The notes: a model not told the origin generated them from the letters alone. Positions 34,869 through 42,757 are shown, counted from the first letter of the stretch. The stretch: DNA of 42,928 nt from Acidobacteriota bacterium (GCA_003224635.1 QHZK01000009.1:1-42928); one strand, 5' to 3'. Translations and numbers: made by a program.

Positions 34869-36362
34869 TCAGATTCCGTGCGTGGCGAAGATAAAGGTGT
34901 GGAGCAAAATCGCCAAATCCATGAAGAGTTTGCGGTTACGGATGTAGTAGAGATCATATTCGATGTTCTCGTGAATAGGAAACTTCCGATCCGCGCTCAA
35001 TTGCCAAAGACCGGTAATACCCGGCTTGACAATCAGGCGTTGTCGCTGCAACCAAGTGTATTGTTCGACGATAAAGGGCATCTCCGGCCGCGGTCCGACC
35101 AAGGACATTTCGCCTTTAATCACGTTCAGAAGTTGGGGGATCTCATCCAAGCTTGTTCTTCGCAAGAATCGACCCATGGGGCTGATCCTTGCGTCGGTCG
35201 GTTTCTCGGGGGAGGGTGCGTAAGGCTGCGCATCCGCATGCATGGTCCTGAATTTGTAGATCTTGAACCGCTTTCCATTCTGCCCCACCCGCTCGTGCAC
35301 AAAAAGCACCGGTCCGCCAGAGGTCACTCGGATGAGGAGGGCCAAGACTAGCCACAGAGGAGATGCCAGCACGAGCAGGGTTATTCCGAGGACCAAGTCT
35401 ACGCTCCGCTTCAAAGAGTCGTAGCTACTGTGACTCAACGGTCCCTCGAAGGAAGCGAGTAGCATTCCGTCTAGATTTACATAATCGACCCAGTGATCTG
35501 AGGGAGCGAAGTGATGAGGAACAAAGGAAATTGCCGCCCCAGCCGAAGCAGCGCAGGTCGCGATGGCGGAGAATTTTTCGCGGGAGATTGACGGGACAGC
35601 GATTACGATCATGTCGACATGGTGCTCTCGCAGGAACGCGTCCGAGGGGAGTCCTTCGAAGACCACGGCAGAGCAGCGGCGCCGGCTGTACGACGCCTCG
35701 AAAATCGTTGTACCGGCGAGGGAGGGGTCGTCATCTGCGAACGCCATCGGGTCGAGGCCCAGCCTCGGTGAGCGTGCCAAGGCGGAGAAAATTCGGCGAC
35801 CCGTGAGGCCCGCTCCATAAATGACCACGCGCCGGAGGCCATAACCCCGCGCGTGCAGGGCGCGAACGATACCAGCAAGAAGTTGCTTTTCCACAATTAG
35901 AAACAACGGGACCATCAGGAAAGCGATCGTGATCATCCAACGGGAGACCAGATAGCTCGACAGTAGTGAAATGCAAAATGTAACCAGGAAGGCCTGAGAA
36001 GACACTCGAAGGATTCGTTCGGTTTCCTTGACAAGCAACAGACTGCTGTCACCCCGGTAAGCGCCGTTCCGGTCCAACATCGATACGCACAGGAGTGCGA
36101 AGACGCCGGCCATTTCCAATACCGTGAAACGCGAGTAGTAAACCTGCTTGCCGAGGTGAAAGAAATGATAGAGAGCGTAAGAGGACGTCACGGCCCCAAC
36201 GATCGCGCCAAAGTCAGCGAGTATTTCCCCCTTCGTCAGCAGGCGCCCGAACCACGCGCGGTCCTGGGAAGTCGCTCCGAGGACCGACACCGGAAGCGGC
36301 TCCGCGGCAGGAGCCAGCAGACGTCCTCTTATCTGAGGGGTCGTGTGCATGGTTGACCTCAT
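34869..36362 (-). CDS. Polyprenyl-phosphate glycosylphosphotransferase (initiating sugar transferase, WcaJ/EpsB-like)
   Basis: N-terminal TM helices are followed by a Rossmann-like VVIYGAGLTGRRI. The C-terminal bacterial sugar transferase domain has KIYKFRTM, DEIPQLLNVIKGEMSLVGPRP and PGITGLWQ. Confidence 0.9.
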   Translation of the reverse strand: MRSTMHTTPQIRGRLLAPAAEPLPVSVLGATSQDRAWFGRLLTKGEILADFGAIVGAVTSSYALYHFFHLGKQVYYSRFTVLEMAGVFALLCVSMLDRNGAYRGDSSLLLVKETERILRVSSQAFLVTFCISLLSSYLVSRWMITIAFLMVPLFLIVEKQLLAGIVRALHARGYGLRRVVIYGAGLTGRRIFSALARSPRLGLDPMAFADDDPSLAGTTIFEASYSRRRCSAVVFEGLPSDAFLREHHVDMIVIAVPSISREKFSAIATCAASAGAAISFVPHHFAPSDHWVDYVNLDGMLLASFEGPLSHSSYDSLKRSVDLVLGITLLVLASPLWLVLALLIRVTSGGPVLFVHERVGQNGKRFKIYKFRTMHADAQPYAPSPEKPTDARISPMGRFLRRTSLDEIPQLLNVIKGEMSLVGPRPEMPFIVEQYTWLQRQRLIVKPGITGLWQLSADRKFPIHENIEYDLYYIRNRKLFMDLAILLHTFIFATHGI

Positions 36363-36462
36363 TTAAGAGATGTTTGAGCTTCCACAGAGAGAGATTCAAA
36401 CGAGTCGCCTGCCAATGACGCAGGCCCCGTAAAGGCGTCTTTAGGATAGTGCCCGTGTTTCA

Positions 36463-37782
36463 CTACCTACGACTTTGCGCCAGGGCGGCGCAGGCGGCGA
36501 ACCACATGGCGTTTGCCGGAATATGGAAATTGAAGTCCATGAAGCTGTGAAAGAGCAGGCCACAGCACCCGATCGCCGCACCGACTTGAATCCATTCGGC
36601 CGCACTCTCACTCCGACGAGCATTGCGGAACGCGCCCGCCAGGAATAGAGCCGCTGCTGCCACGATCAGGATACCTCCGATCAGCCCCGTTTCAGCAAGG
36701 GCCTCGGCGTAGTCATCGTGGGCGTGATCCCAGTCAAGGTCACTCGGGAAGCTTTGATAGCGGCTGTAGACGGTCTCAAAGCTACCCAGGCCGGTACCGA
36801 GCCAAACGTGGTCGTGCAGGATTCCTAGGCTATCTAACGACACGGCCAGGCGGGATTTGAAGTCCGCGCCAGTCGACCAATGCGATGGGCGAAAAACCGT
36901 CTCGAGGCGCTTGGACACGGCGCCCGGATCCATCCACAGGAACGCCAACAAAGCCACCACCAAGATTCCCACAACCGCGCTACAACGGTGTCCGGAGCCT
37001 TGGCGCCAAAGCACGATGGCCAGAATGATGGCCTCCACGGTCAGTGAAATCATTCCGCCACGCGAGCCCGACAGAAGAAAGGCGGCGACGGGCACTACCA
37101 CTGCCACTGCCAGGAGCCGCCTGAGACCTGGCGTTTTCCCAAGGGAGAAGACGAAGCCCGCCGAGATCGGAATGAGCATCTCCATAAGACCTGCGTAATG
37201 ATTGTGGCTCACGTAGGGCCCGAACACAACGTTCCCAGGGGGAAGCTTGACTGACCAGTAAACCTCGTCACGGCTCGAAAAGAACTGCAGCACCGCGAAC
37301 AGCGCCATTCCGAGGGCGTAGACGCAGACGCCCAGTCCAAATCCTCTCCATTGCCGGTTGGGAGTGGTCTCCGCCAACTGCAGAACCAGGAAAAAAACCA
37401 GGGCATCTGCCGCCAGCTTCAGCAGGCACTCCCTGGTCTCGCTGGGGGCCAAGGTGCTGTGGCCGAAATACTGGTAGATTGCCAGCAACAGGAACATGCC
37501 CAGGGGCAAGTAGAGCGGGGACCAAACGAGCCTGATCGAGCCCATCCGCACGCAGCCGACGGCCCAAAAGAGCAGCGCCAACAGTGAAGCGAGAATCAGG
37601 CAAGACCATGACCACGCTTCCACGGCGCCGAAAGCCAACGGACCAATGAGGAGGGCAGCCAGCAGAACGGATCGGGCTAAGGAAAAGTTGATCCGTGCGG
37701 CTTCTGTCTCCGTGCGAAGCGGCTGTGGTGTGGCATTCACCACAGGTTCGGTCAATGCGAATTCGAGCGGCTGCGATGTCAT
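36463..37782 (-). CDS. O-antigen ligase/Wzy_C-domain membrane protein
   Basis: Start placed at MTSQPLEF.. (ATG = complement of 37780-37782), forming an ATGA overlap with the upstream TPR gene stop. It has many TM segments and a ..AAFLLSGSRGGMISL.. motif typical of the Wzy_C domain. Confidence 0.8.
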   Translation of the reverse strand: MTSQPLEFALTEPVVNATPQPLRTETEAARINFSLARSVLLAALLIGPLAFGAVEAWSWSCLILASLLALLFWAVGCVRMGSIRLVWSPLYLPLGMFLLLAIYQYFGHSTLAPSETRECLLKLAADALVFFLVLQLAETTPNRQWRGFGLGVCVYALGMALFAVLQFFSSRDEVYWSVKLPPGNVVFGPYVSHNHYAGLMEMLIPISAGFVFSLGKTPGLRRLLAVAVVVPVAAFLLSGSRGGMISLTVEAIILAIVLWRQGSGHRCSAVVGILVVALLAFLWMDPGAVSKRLETVFRPSHWSTGADFKSRLAVSLDSLGILHDHVWLGTGLGSFETVYSRYQSFPSDLDWDHAHDDYAEALAETGLIGGILIVAAAALFLAGAFRNARRSESAAEWIQVGAAIGCCGLLFHSFMDFNFHIPANAMWFAACAALAQSRR

Positions 37783-39149
37783 TTGTTCTCCGGGGCCGAA
37801 CTCGGCGCCACGACCTGCAGCGACACCGCATCCAGCCAAAAGGTGCCGCTGATTTCAGTTGGGAAACTACGACCGCGTGGCCGCCACAAAACGACTTGAA
37901 CGACCTTCGTCTGGGGGCCCGCAGTGAAGGTGAGGCCCAGAGGATGCCAGGGCGTCGTTCCCACCGTCATCTCGCTCGCGACGTCAAGACATGACCGGCA
38001 CATCGGATCGATTACTCGGAGCCGCGGTCCGCTATCCGACTCGACGTTTTCCGACCGGGCGTAGAACTGGAGACCATAGGACCGCCCCGGCTCGACTGGG
38101 GCAAACGTGTAGACCGGTTGATATTCTTCGTTGCGAGGAACTGTAAAATCGAGGCGCAGACAGCGCCTGCCTTGACAGGCGTGCGAGTCAGCGAAATCGA
38201 CCACCAGGTAAGGAAGGTCCCTGTAGATCCAGTCGAAACCCGCATTAAGCGGCGGCTGCTCGAATCCACCGTTGAAGATCAAGTTTCTCCGGTCTTCATC
38301 CGCCGATCTTCGGACTACTCCCAGTCGTTCCATATCCCGCCACACCTTTTCCGCTGCTTCGTAGTGTTGCAGGTTGAAAAGCCGCACGAGGTAGGGAGCG
38401 GCGAGTGAAAATGCGAAGACAGCCGGCTTGGCTGTGATGTCGCGCCAAATCTGGCCAGCAGAGTCCGCTCTTCCGGTATCACACAGGAACTCGGCGTACA
38501 TTAGTTTAAGATCCGGCGTCGCCTTATCCGTCAGAACTTTTCGGAAGATTTGATCAGGATTATCGAAGGCCTTGAGGCAAACCCTGAAGGTTTTTTGCGC
38601 GTACTCATCGGGGTCGAGCCGTAGCAAAGTCGCAAACTCCTCCGCAGCCTTGTCCGGCTGATCGCTTTGAATGTAATGGTTGGCTAGCAGCCAGTGATAA
38701 CGGGGGGTTGTTGGACCCAGTTGCACGGCCCGCTCGAGGGCCTGGCCGGCACATTCAAGATTCGCGACTGAGTCGCACGATCGCCCGTAATCGGCCCAGT
38801 AAGGCGCCCCGTACTCGCTCAACTCTGCCGCCTGGCGCAGGTAGTCAAGACCTCGGGAGGTGTCGACCGACTCCATAGAGTAGAAATATGCCAAGCCGAG
38901 ACGTCTAGCGATCTTAGGATTCCCGGCATCCAAGGCCAAAGCTCGCTGAAGCCGGCTCACGTCCCACGTGTCCGCGAGATGCGAAACAATCGCTAAGCGT
39001 ACAGTCTCGAACCCCGTGACGCAGACGACCGAAATCACAGCCAGGAGGAAGGCTCCCGAAACCGCCCGAGAGCGAAGCGGAACATCGCCCGCGTGCGGGG
39101 CAAGCCATTGCATCCCGTTCCACCGAAAAGCGCGATCTTCAAATGTCAC
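37779..39149 (-). CDS. Membrane-anchored TPR-repeat protein with C-terminal beta-sandwich (CBM-like) domain
   Basis: There is one N-terminal hydrophobic helix (AVSGAFLLAVISVVCVTGF), then TPR-like helical repeats (..ARRLGLAYFY.., ..YHWLLANHYIQSDQPDKAAEEF..). The sequence then reads FNGGFEQPPLNAGFDWIY..RCLRLDF..FWLDAVSL. The GTG start lies inside a 10-bp tandem duplication. Confidence 0.75.
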   Translation of the reverse strand: MTFEDRAFRWNGMQWLAPHAGDVPLRSRAVSGAFLLAVISVVCVTGFETVRLAIVSHLADTWDVSRLQRALALDAGNPKIARRLGLAYFYSMESVDTSRGLDYLRQAAELSEYGAPYWADYGRSCDSVANLECAGQALERAVQLGPTTPRYHWLLANHYIQSDQPDKAAEEFATLLRLDPDEYAQKTFRVCLKAFDNPDQIFRKVLTDKATPDLKLMYAEFLCDTGRADSAGQIWRDITAKPAVFAFSLAAPYLVRLFNLQHYEAAEKVWRDMERLGVVRRSADEDRRNLIFNGGFEQPPLNAGFDWIYRDLPYLVVDFADSHACQGRRCLRLDFTVPRNEEYQPVYTFAPVEPGRSYGLQFYARSENVESDSGPRLRVIDPMCRSCLDVASEMTVGTTPWHPLGLTFTAGPQTKVVQVVLWRPRGRSFPTEISGTFWLDAVSLQVVAPSSAPENK

Positions 39150-39160
39150 GAAATGTCACG
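39141..39160. repeat. Perfect 10-bp tandem duplication (aaatgtcacg x2) that duplicates the putative GTG start codon of the TPR gene
   Basis: Read directly. On the coding strand it is cGTGacatttcGTGacatttgaagat. The upstream GTG copy is out of frame and runs into a stop after six codons. Confidence 0.9.
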
Positions 39161-39270
39161 CCTGAGCGTTCGGCTCTGTCTGGGACGTAACCCCAACAAA
39201 TCCCAGCAGAAGGGACAGCAACCTGGGGAGGTCACGCCCCCTCTGGCAGGGTCAGCCCACAGCTTCAGGA

Positions 39271-41539
39271 TCACTCTGGAGGCCGGAGAGAGTAAGAGTT
39301 ATAATCCGAATAGTAATATCCGTTATAGTAATTATAACCGTATCCGTAACCGCCTCCTCGGCGGAGGTCCGCCTTGTTAACTAGGACCCCCAATATCCGC
39401 GCCCCGGTACTATGGAGGATTTGCTGGGCACGAATCAGTACCGCAGGTGGCGTCGACCCGCTCGACACGACCAACATTACCCCGTCGACCACAGGCGACA
39501 AAACAGCCGCGTCGGTCACCAGGAGCAGAGGCGGAGAATCGATGACGAGATGATCGAATCGTTGCCTCAGATTTTGCATCACCGACTGCATTTCCGGCGA
39601 GGACAAAAGCTCGGCAGGGTTGGGAGGGGGTGGTCCGGAGGGCAGCGCCCACAGACCCGGCTGCCCTTTGACCTCTTGCAACGCTTCATCGACACTATAG
39701 GCGCCCGTCAGGATTCCGCTAAGACCCTTGCTGTTGCTGATGCCCATCAGCTTCGAGGCCCCAGGGATTCGCAAGTCGCAGTCCACGAGCAACACCCGTG
39801 ATCCCGTTTGGGCCATCAACGAGGCAAGGTTGACCGCGGTGGCCGTCTTGCCCTCCTTGGGGTGGCCGCTCGTTACCAGGACGACCTGCGGAGGTTTCGG
39901 AGAGGTCGAGAACATGATCGAGGTTCGGAGCGCGCGATACGATTCGGCAACGGATGAGGCCGGGTGCTCCAGAGCCGCTAACCCAGTCTGACCGTTCGAA
40001 GCTGGTAACTCCGAGTTCTTCTTCCGCCGCAAGCCGTACTGACGACCATTGTGGTTGGGCGCCCAGAGCGGAATAAGACCTAGGGAGGGAAGACCCACCA
40101 GTCTCTGCACATCCTCCATTGTCTTCACCGTCTTCTGCTCGAGCTGCTCTTCCAGGAAAGCGAACGCAGTCCCGAGAATTATGCCTGCCAGCAAACCTAA
40201 GGCCACGTTGAGGGCCTTCTTAGGACGAACCGGAGTGGCCGGAGGAACGGCCTTGTCCACCACATGGATGTTCGTCGCGCGGAGACCCGCGGTCACGGTG
40301 GCATCTTTGAGGCGCTGCAGCAAGTTGTCGTAAAGCTGTTGGTTGGTGTCAGAATCCCTCTTGAGGATGTTGTGTTGAATCAAGAGTTGGTTGAGTTTGC
40401 CGACTTCAAACTTCTGCTGCGCAACGGTTGCCTCGAGGAGCTTCTCGCGCTCAACCGCGGCCTCATAGTCTCTTTGGATGCGTTCGACCACCCGATGTCG
40501 TTCTTGCTGGATCAACAACTGAACCTCGTCAATTTGCTGCTGTAATCGCACAACCTTAGGAAAATTGGGGCCGTACGTGGTTCGTGCATCGATGTATTCG
40601 GTCTTCACGTCGGCCACTTTCTGCTCCAAAGTCTCCAAGAGGTGGTCCTGCGCCAGCAATGCGATCTGCGCCTCATTGCTCTTCACGAGTTGATGGAGAG
40701 ACTCCTTCTCGGCCCGATCGCTCTGAGCCCTCGTCAAGTCCGACGACAGCTCCGAGAGCCGCTGCTCGGCCACACTCTGCTTATCATTGACATTCACGAT
40801 GGAGTTTGCCCGCTCATAGTTCACCAGCGCCTCTTGTGATTTTTCAACTTTGGCTTTGAGCTCATCGAGTTGCTGCTCCATCCAGCCACTGGCTTGGCGC
40901 GTGGCGTCGTACTTCGTATGGAAGTTGTATTCAATGTAGTTGTTAATCAGAGCGTTTACTACGCGCGCGGCCAAGTCCCGATCGGTACTCTCGAAGCTTA
41001 CTTCGACGATATGTGTGTTGCGGTGTAAATTGACGCCCAGATAGCTATCGAACAGTTTCACCAAACGTCCGCGAACATCGGCAGAGTCTATCGACTCCTT
41101 CCGTTGCTTTTGGGGGCCTTTGGTAAAACTTGGGTCATCCGCAAGTTTCAGTTGCTGAATCGTTTCCCAGGCCAGGTTGTCACTCCGCAACACCTGGGTC
41201 TGCGTCAACAGAAACGTCTCGTCGGCCGGTGTGGATTCGTTGCGGTAGAGACTCTCAGCCGATAGATTCATTGGTGTTTCAGCTTCGATGTCCAGCCGGG
41301 CGGTCGCCTGATAGACTCGCTCCGCTTTGAACGTGTAGATGGTGACGCTGATCCAGGACAACCATCGCCACCGAAAGGACTTCCCACCAGCGCTTGCGCA
41401 GGACGGCAATGGCGCGAAGGACGGAGGGGCGTTCGAACTCCCCGGCCGAAGTGATGCTGATGATGGGGTGAATCGGCTCCGGTGAGTCATTGATCGCTCG
41501 TCCCACCAAGGTGCCTGACTTCCCGAATTCTTCTCTCAC
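39271..41539 (-). CDS. wzc: Wzc-like polysaccharide co-polymerase / BY-kinase (PCP-2a) with an apparent frameshift in the first transmembrane segment
   Basis: The main ORF is 39271..41490. It has a Wzz-like periplasmic coiled-coil region, Walker A GHPKEGKTATAVNLA, A' VLLVDCDLR, Walker B FDHLVIDSPPLL and the Tyr-rich tail GGGYGYGYNYYNGYYYSDYNSY. The family-typical N-terminus (..LRAIAVLRKRWWEVLSVAMVVL) lies in a different frame, in track ORF 41279..41539. That ORF has a GTG start 8 nt after AGGAGA. Confidence 0.85.
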
Positions 41540-41581
41540 GGCAGCGCTCTCCTGGTTTCCAAAGTGCCAACTTCAGGCCCA

Positions 41582-41612
41582 ACGGTTGATACGGTTGATA
41601 CGGTCAACTGTT
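41582..41612. promoter_or_regulatory. 2.5 tandem copies of ACGGTTGAT plus an imperfect inverted arm, in the leader upstream of wzc
   Basis: Read directly: acggttgat acggttgat acggt caactgtt. AACGGTTGA (41581-41589) and TCAACTGTT (41604-41612) form an 8/9 inverted repeat. A related accgttgat lies at 41732-41740. Any function is inferred. Confidence 0.4.
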
Positions 41613-41879
41613 GCCCCTGGGGATTCCTCGTACGGCTTGCGGCCAGCGCATAATGTAGTTCAGCGAGGGATCCGGGCGCCCAAGTGTTGATCCGAGACTC
41701 TTTCCCGCGGCCTAACCCAAGGCGCGTTCAGACCGTTGATTGAGCTCGGCAATCCTTCACGTCGTCGCCCGAATCCATCCAGGGCGAGCATTCGAGGGGC
41801 AATGGAGGCGTCGTGGCTTAGACCGGACGAGACGAACCAGTGGAGCATCTACCAAGAGTCTCACATCGCGGATACTGTG

Positions 41880-42104
41880 TCACCTTAACTCAGCCAGCAC
41901 GCCGCGCTCGAACTCGGCCGGTGGTGGCAAGTAGCCCAGCGCCGAGTGGAGCCGCTTTTCGTTGTAGACCTTCTGGAGGAAGCGCAGCCTCCAACAAGCC
42001 CGCGTTCGACGACACCGGGCATAGCTCCGCCCTCTGGCCCACACCTCGCCAGAACCGCTCCCTCCCGTACTGATATCTGCAAGGGTGTCGTGACGTTTTG
42101 GCAC
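41880..42104 (-). mobile_element. IS3-family transposase C-terminal remnant (integrase-core tail only)
   Basis: The ORF ends ..RLRFLQKVYNEKRLHSALGYLPPPAEFERGVLAELR*. This matches the conserved YNxxRxHSALGYxxPxxF tail of IS3/rve transposases. Upstream sequence is scrambled across frames, and no intact DDE region or terminal repeats were found. Confidence 0.65.
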
Positions 42105-42322
42105 CGCAGCGGCGTTCTATCAGCACCGAAAAACGGACGCGACAGAAGAACGGCATCGTTCAAATATCACTGAATTAAGGGCCAAGTCAATAGCTTTTTT
42201 GAAACTTAGCTCCCGGTTTAGAGGTGAATGGCCTCCAGCCACGATTGGGACTGCGGTGCTCACGCTTATTTCTACTATCAGCTCATCGTATTAAATTTAC
42301 TCGCGGGTTTCTGACCGAGTTT

Positions 42323-42393
42323 CTGGCGCGCAATAGGGGTAGCTTTGCCTTGGGCGCAAGAGGTTCCCGGTTCGAATCCGGGCGCCCAGACCA
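42323..42393 (+). pseudogene. Decayed tRNA-Pro copy / att-like direct repeat of the tRNA-Pro 3' half
   Basis: 42345-42393 matches 1499-1547 at 47/49 positions, covering the anticodon arm with UGG, the T arm, the 3' acceptor strand and ACCA. The 5' side (ctggcgc) pairs with only 4 of 7 acceptor positions, and the D arm is 3 nt short and degenerate. It is therefore not a functional tRNA. Confidence 0.65.
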
Positions 42394-42395
42394 CA

Positions 42396-42416
42396 AATGC
42401 CTAACTTCAAGGCATT
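42396..42416 (+). terminator. 7-bp stem / 7-nt loop hairpin (AATGCCT aacttca AGGCATT) directly after the tRNA-like remnant
   Basis: Read directly. No U-tract follows, so terminator function is doubtful. Confidence 0.25.
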
Positions 42417-42486
42417 AGGGTCAAGTCAACTTTGCGGTTCCCACCGTCTGGCCGCTATCGGCGCCACCTTTACAGCCGAGCGTTTG

Positions 42487-42521
42487 ATACTTCATACTTG
42501 ATACTTCATACTTCATACTCC
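42487..42521. repeat. Five tandem heptamers (ATACTTC ATACTTG ATACTTC ATACTTC ATACTCC)
   Basis: Read directly. The array ends 26 nt upstream of the ATG of the 54-codon ORF. Confidence 0.85.
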
Positions 42522-42547
42522 AATTCTTACACGACGGAGGGGGCGCT

Positions 42548-42712
42548 ATGAAATTTGAAGAAGCCGGAAAGGCGGTTGATCGCGAAGTGAAAAAGCTTGT
42601 GGACTTCGTGGAAAACAAGGTGAGGCCCGCCACTCGCCAGGAGATGGCCGAGCTGCTGCGTAAGGCTTCGAAGAATCTCGCCAAGATGGCAGAGAACCTG
42701 GAGAAGCAGTAG
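42548..42712 (+). CDS. Small hypothetical helical protein (54 aa)
   Basis: Below the track cut-off. ATG at 42548 lies 6-7 nt after GGAGGGGG. Translation is MKFEEAGKAVDREVKKLVDFVENKVRPATRQEMAELLRKASKNLAKMAENLEKQ*, with a protein-like amphipathic K/E-rich composition. No family recognised. Confidence 0.55.
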   Translation: MKFEEAGKAVDREVKKLVDFVENKVRPATRQEMAELLRKASKNLAKMAENLEKQ

Positions 42713-42733
42713 GCAGTAGGCAGTCGGCACTAC
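42706..42733. repeat. Four tandem heptamers (GCAGTAG GCAGTAG GCAGTCG GCACTAC) overlapping the stop codon of the small ORF
   Basis: Read directly. Confidence 0.8.
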
Positions 42734-42757
42734 GCGACAGGCAGGGCCGAGAGCGGA

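Noticed and set aside
2466-41539. An exosortase/PEP-CTERM system, since AsnB-like, Wzc-like and sugar-transferase genes often accompany it.
   Set aside because: No exosortase (EpsH-like) ORF is present, and no protein in the window ends with a PEP-CTERM sorting signal.
41554-41570. A sigma-54-like TGGCAC element on the coding strand just upstream of wzc (ttGGCACtttggaaacc).
   Set aside because: The -12 TTGC/GC element is absent at the required spacing (the sequence is AAAC). The site also overlaps the SD region only ~25 nt from the start codon.
42323-42393. A second functional tRNA-Pro gene.
   Set aside because: The 5' strand pairs with only 4 of 7 acceptor-stem positions, the D arm is truncated, and the total length is about 71 nt. 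I treat it as a remnant or att-type repeat instead.
42487-42733. The heptamer arrays, or other short repeats, as a CRISPR array.
   Set aside because: The units are 7 bp and directly abutting, with no spacers, and no cas genes are present.
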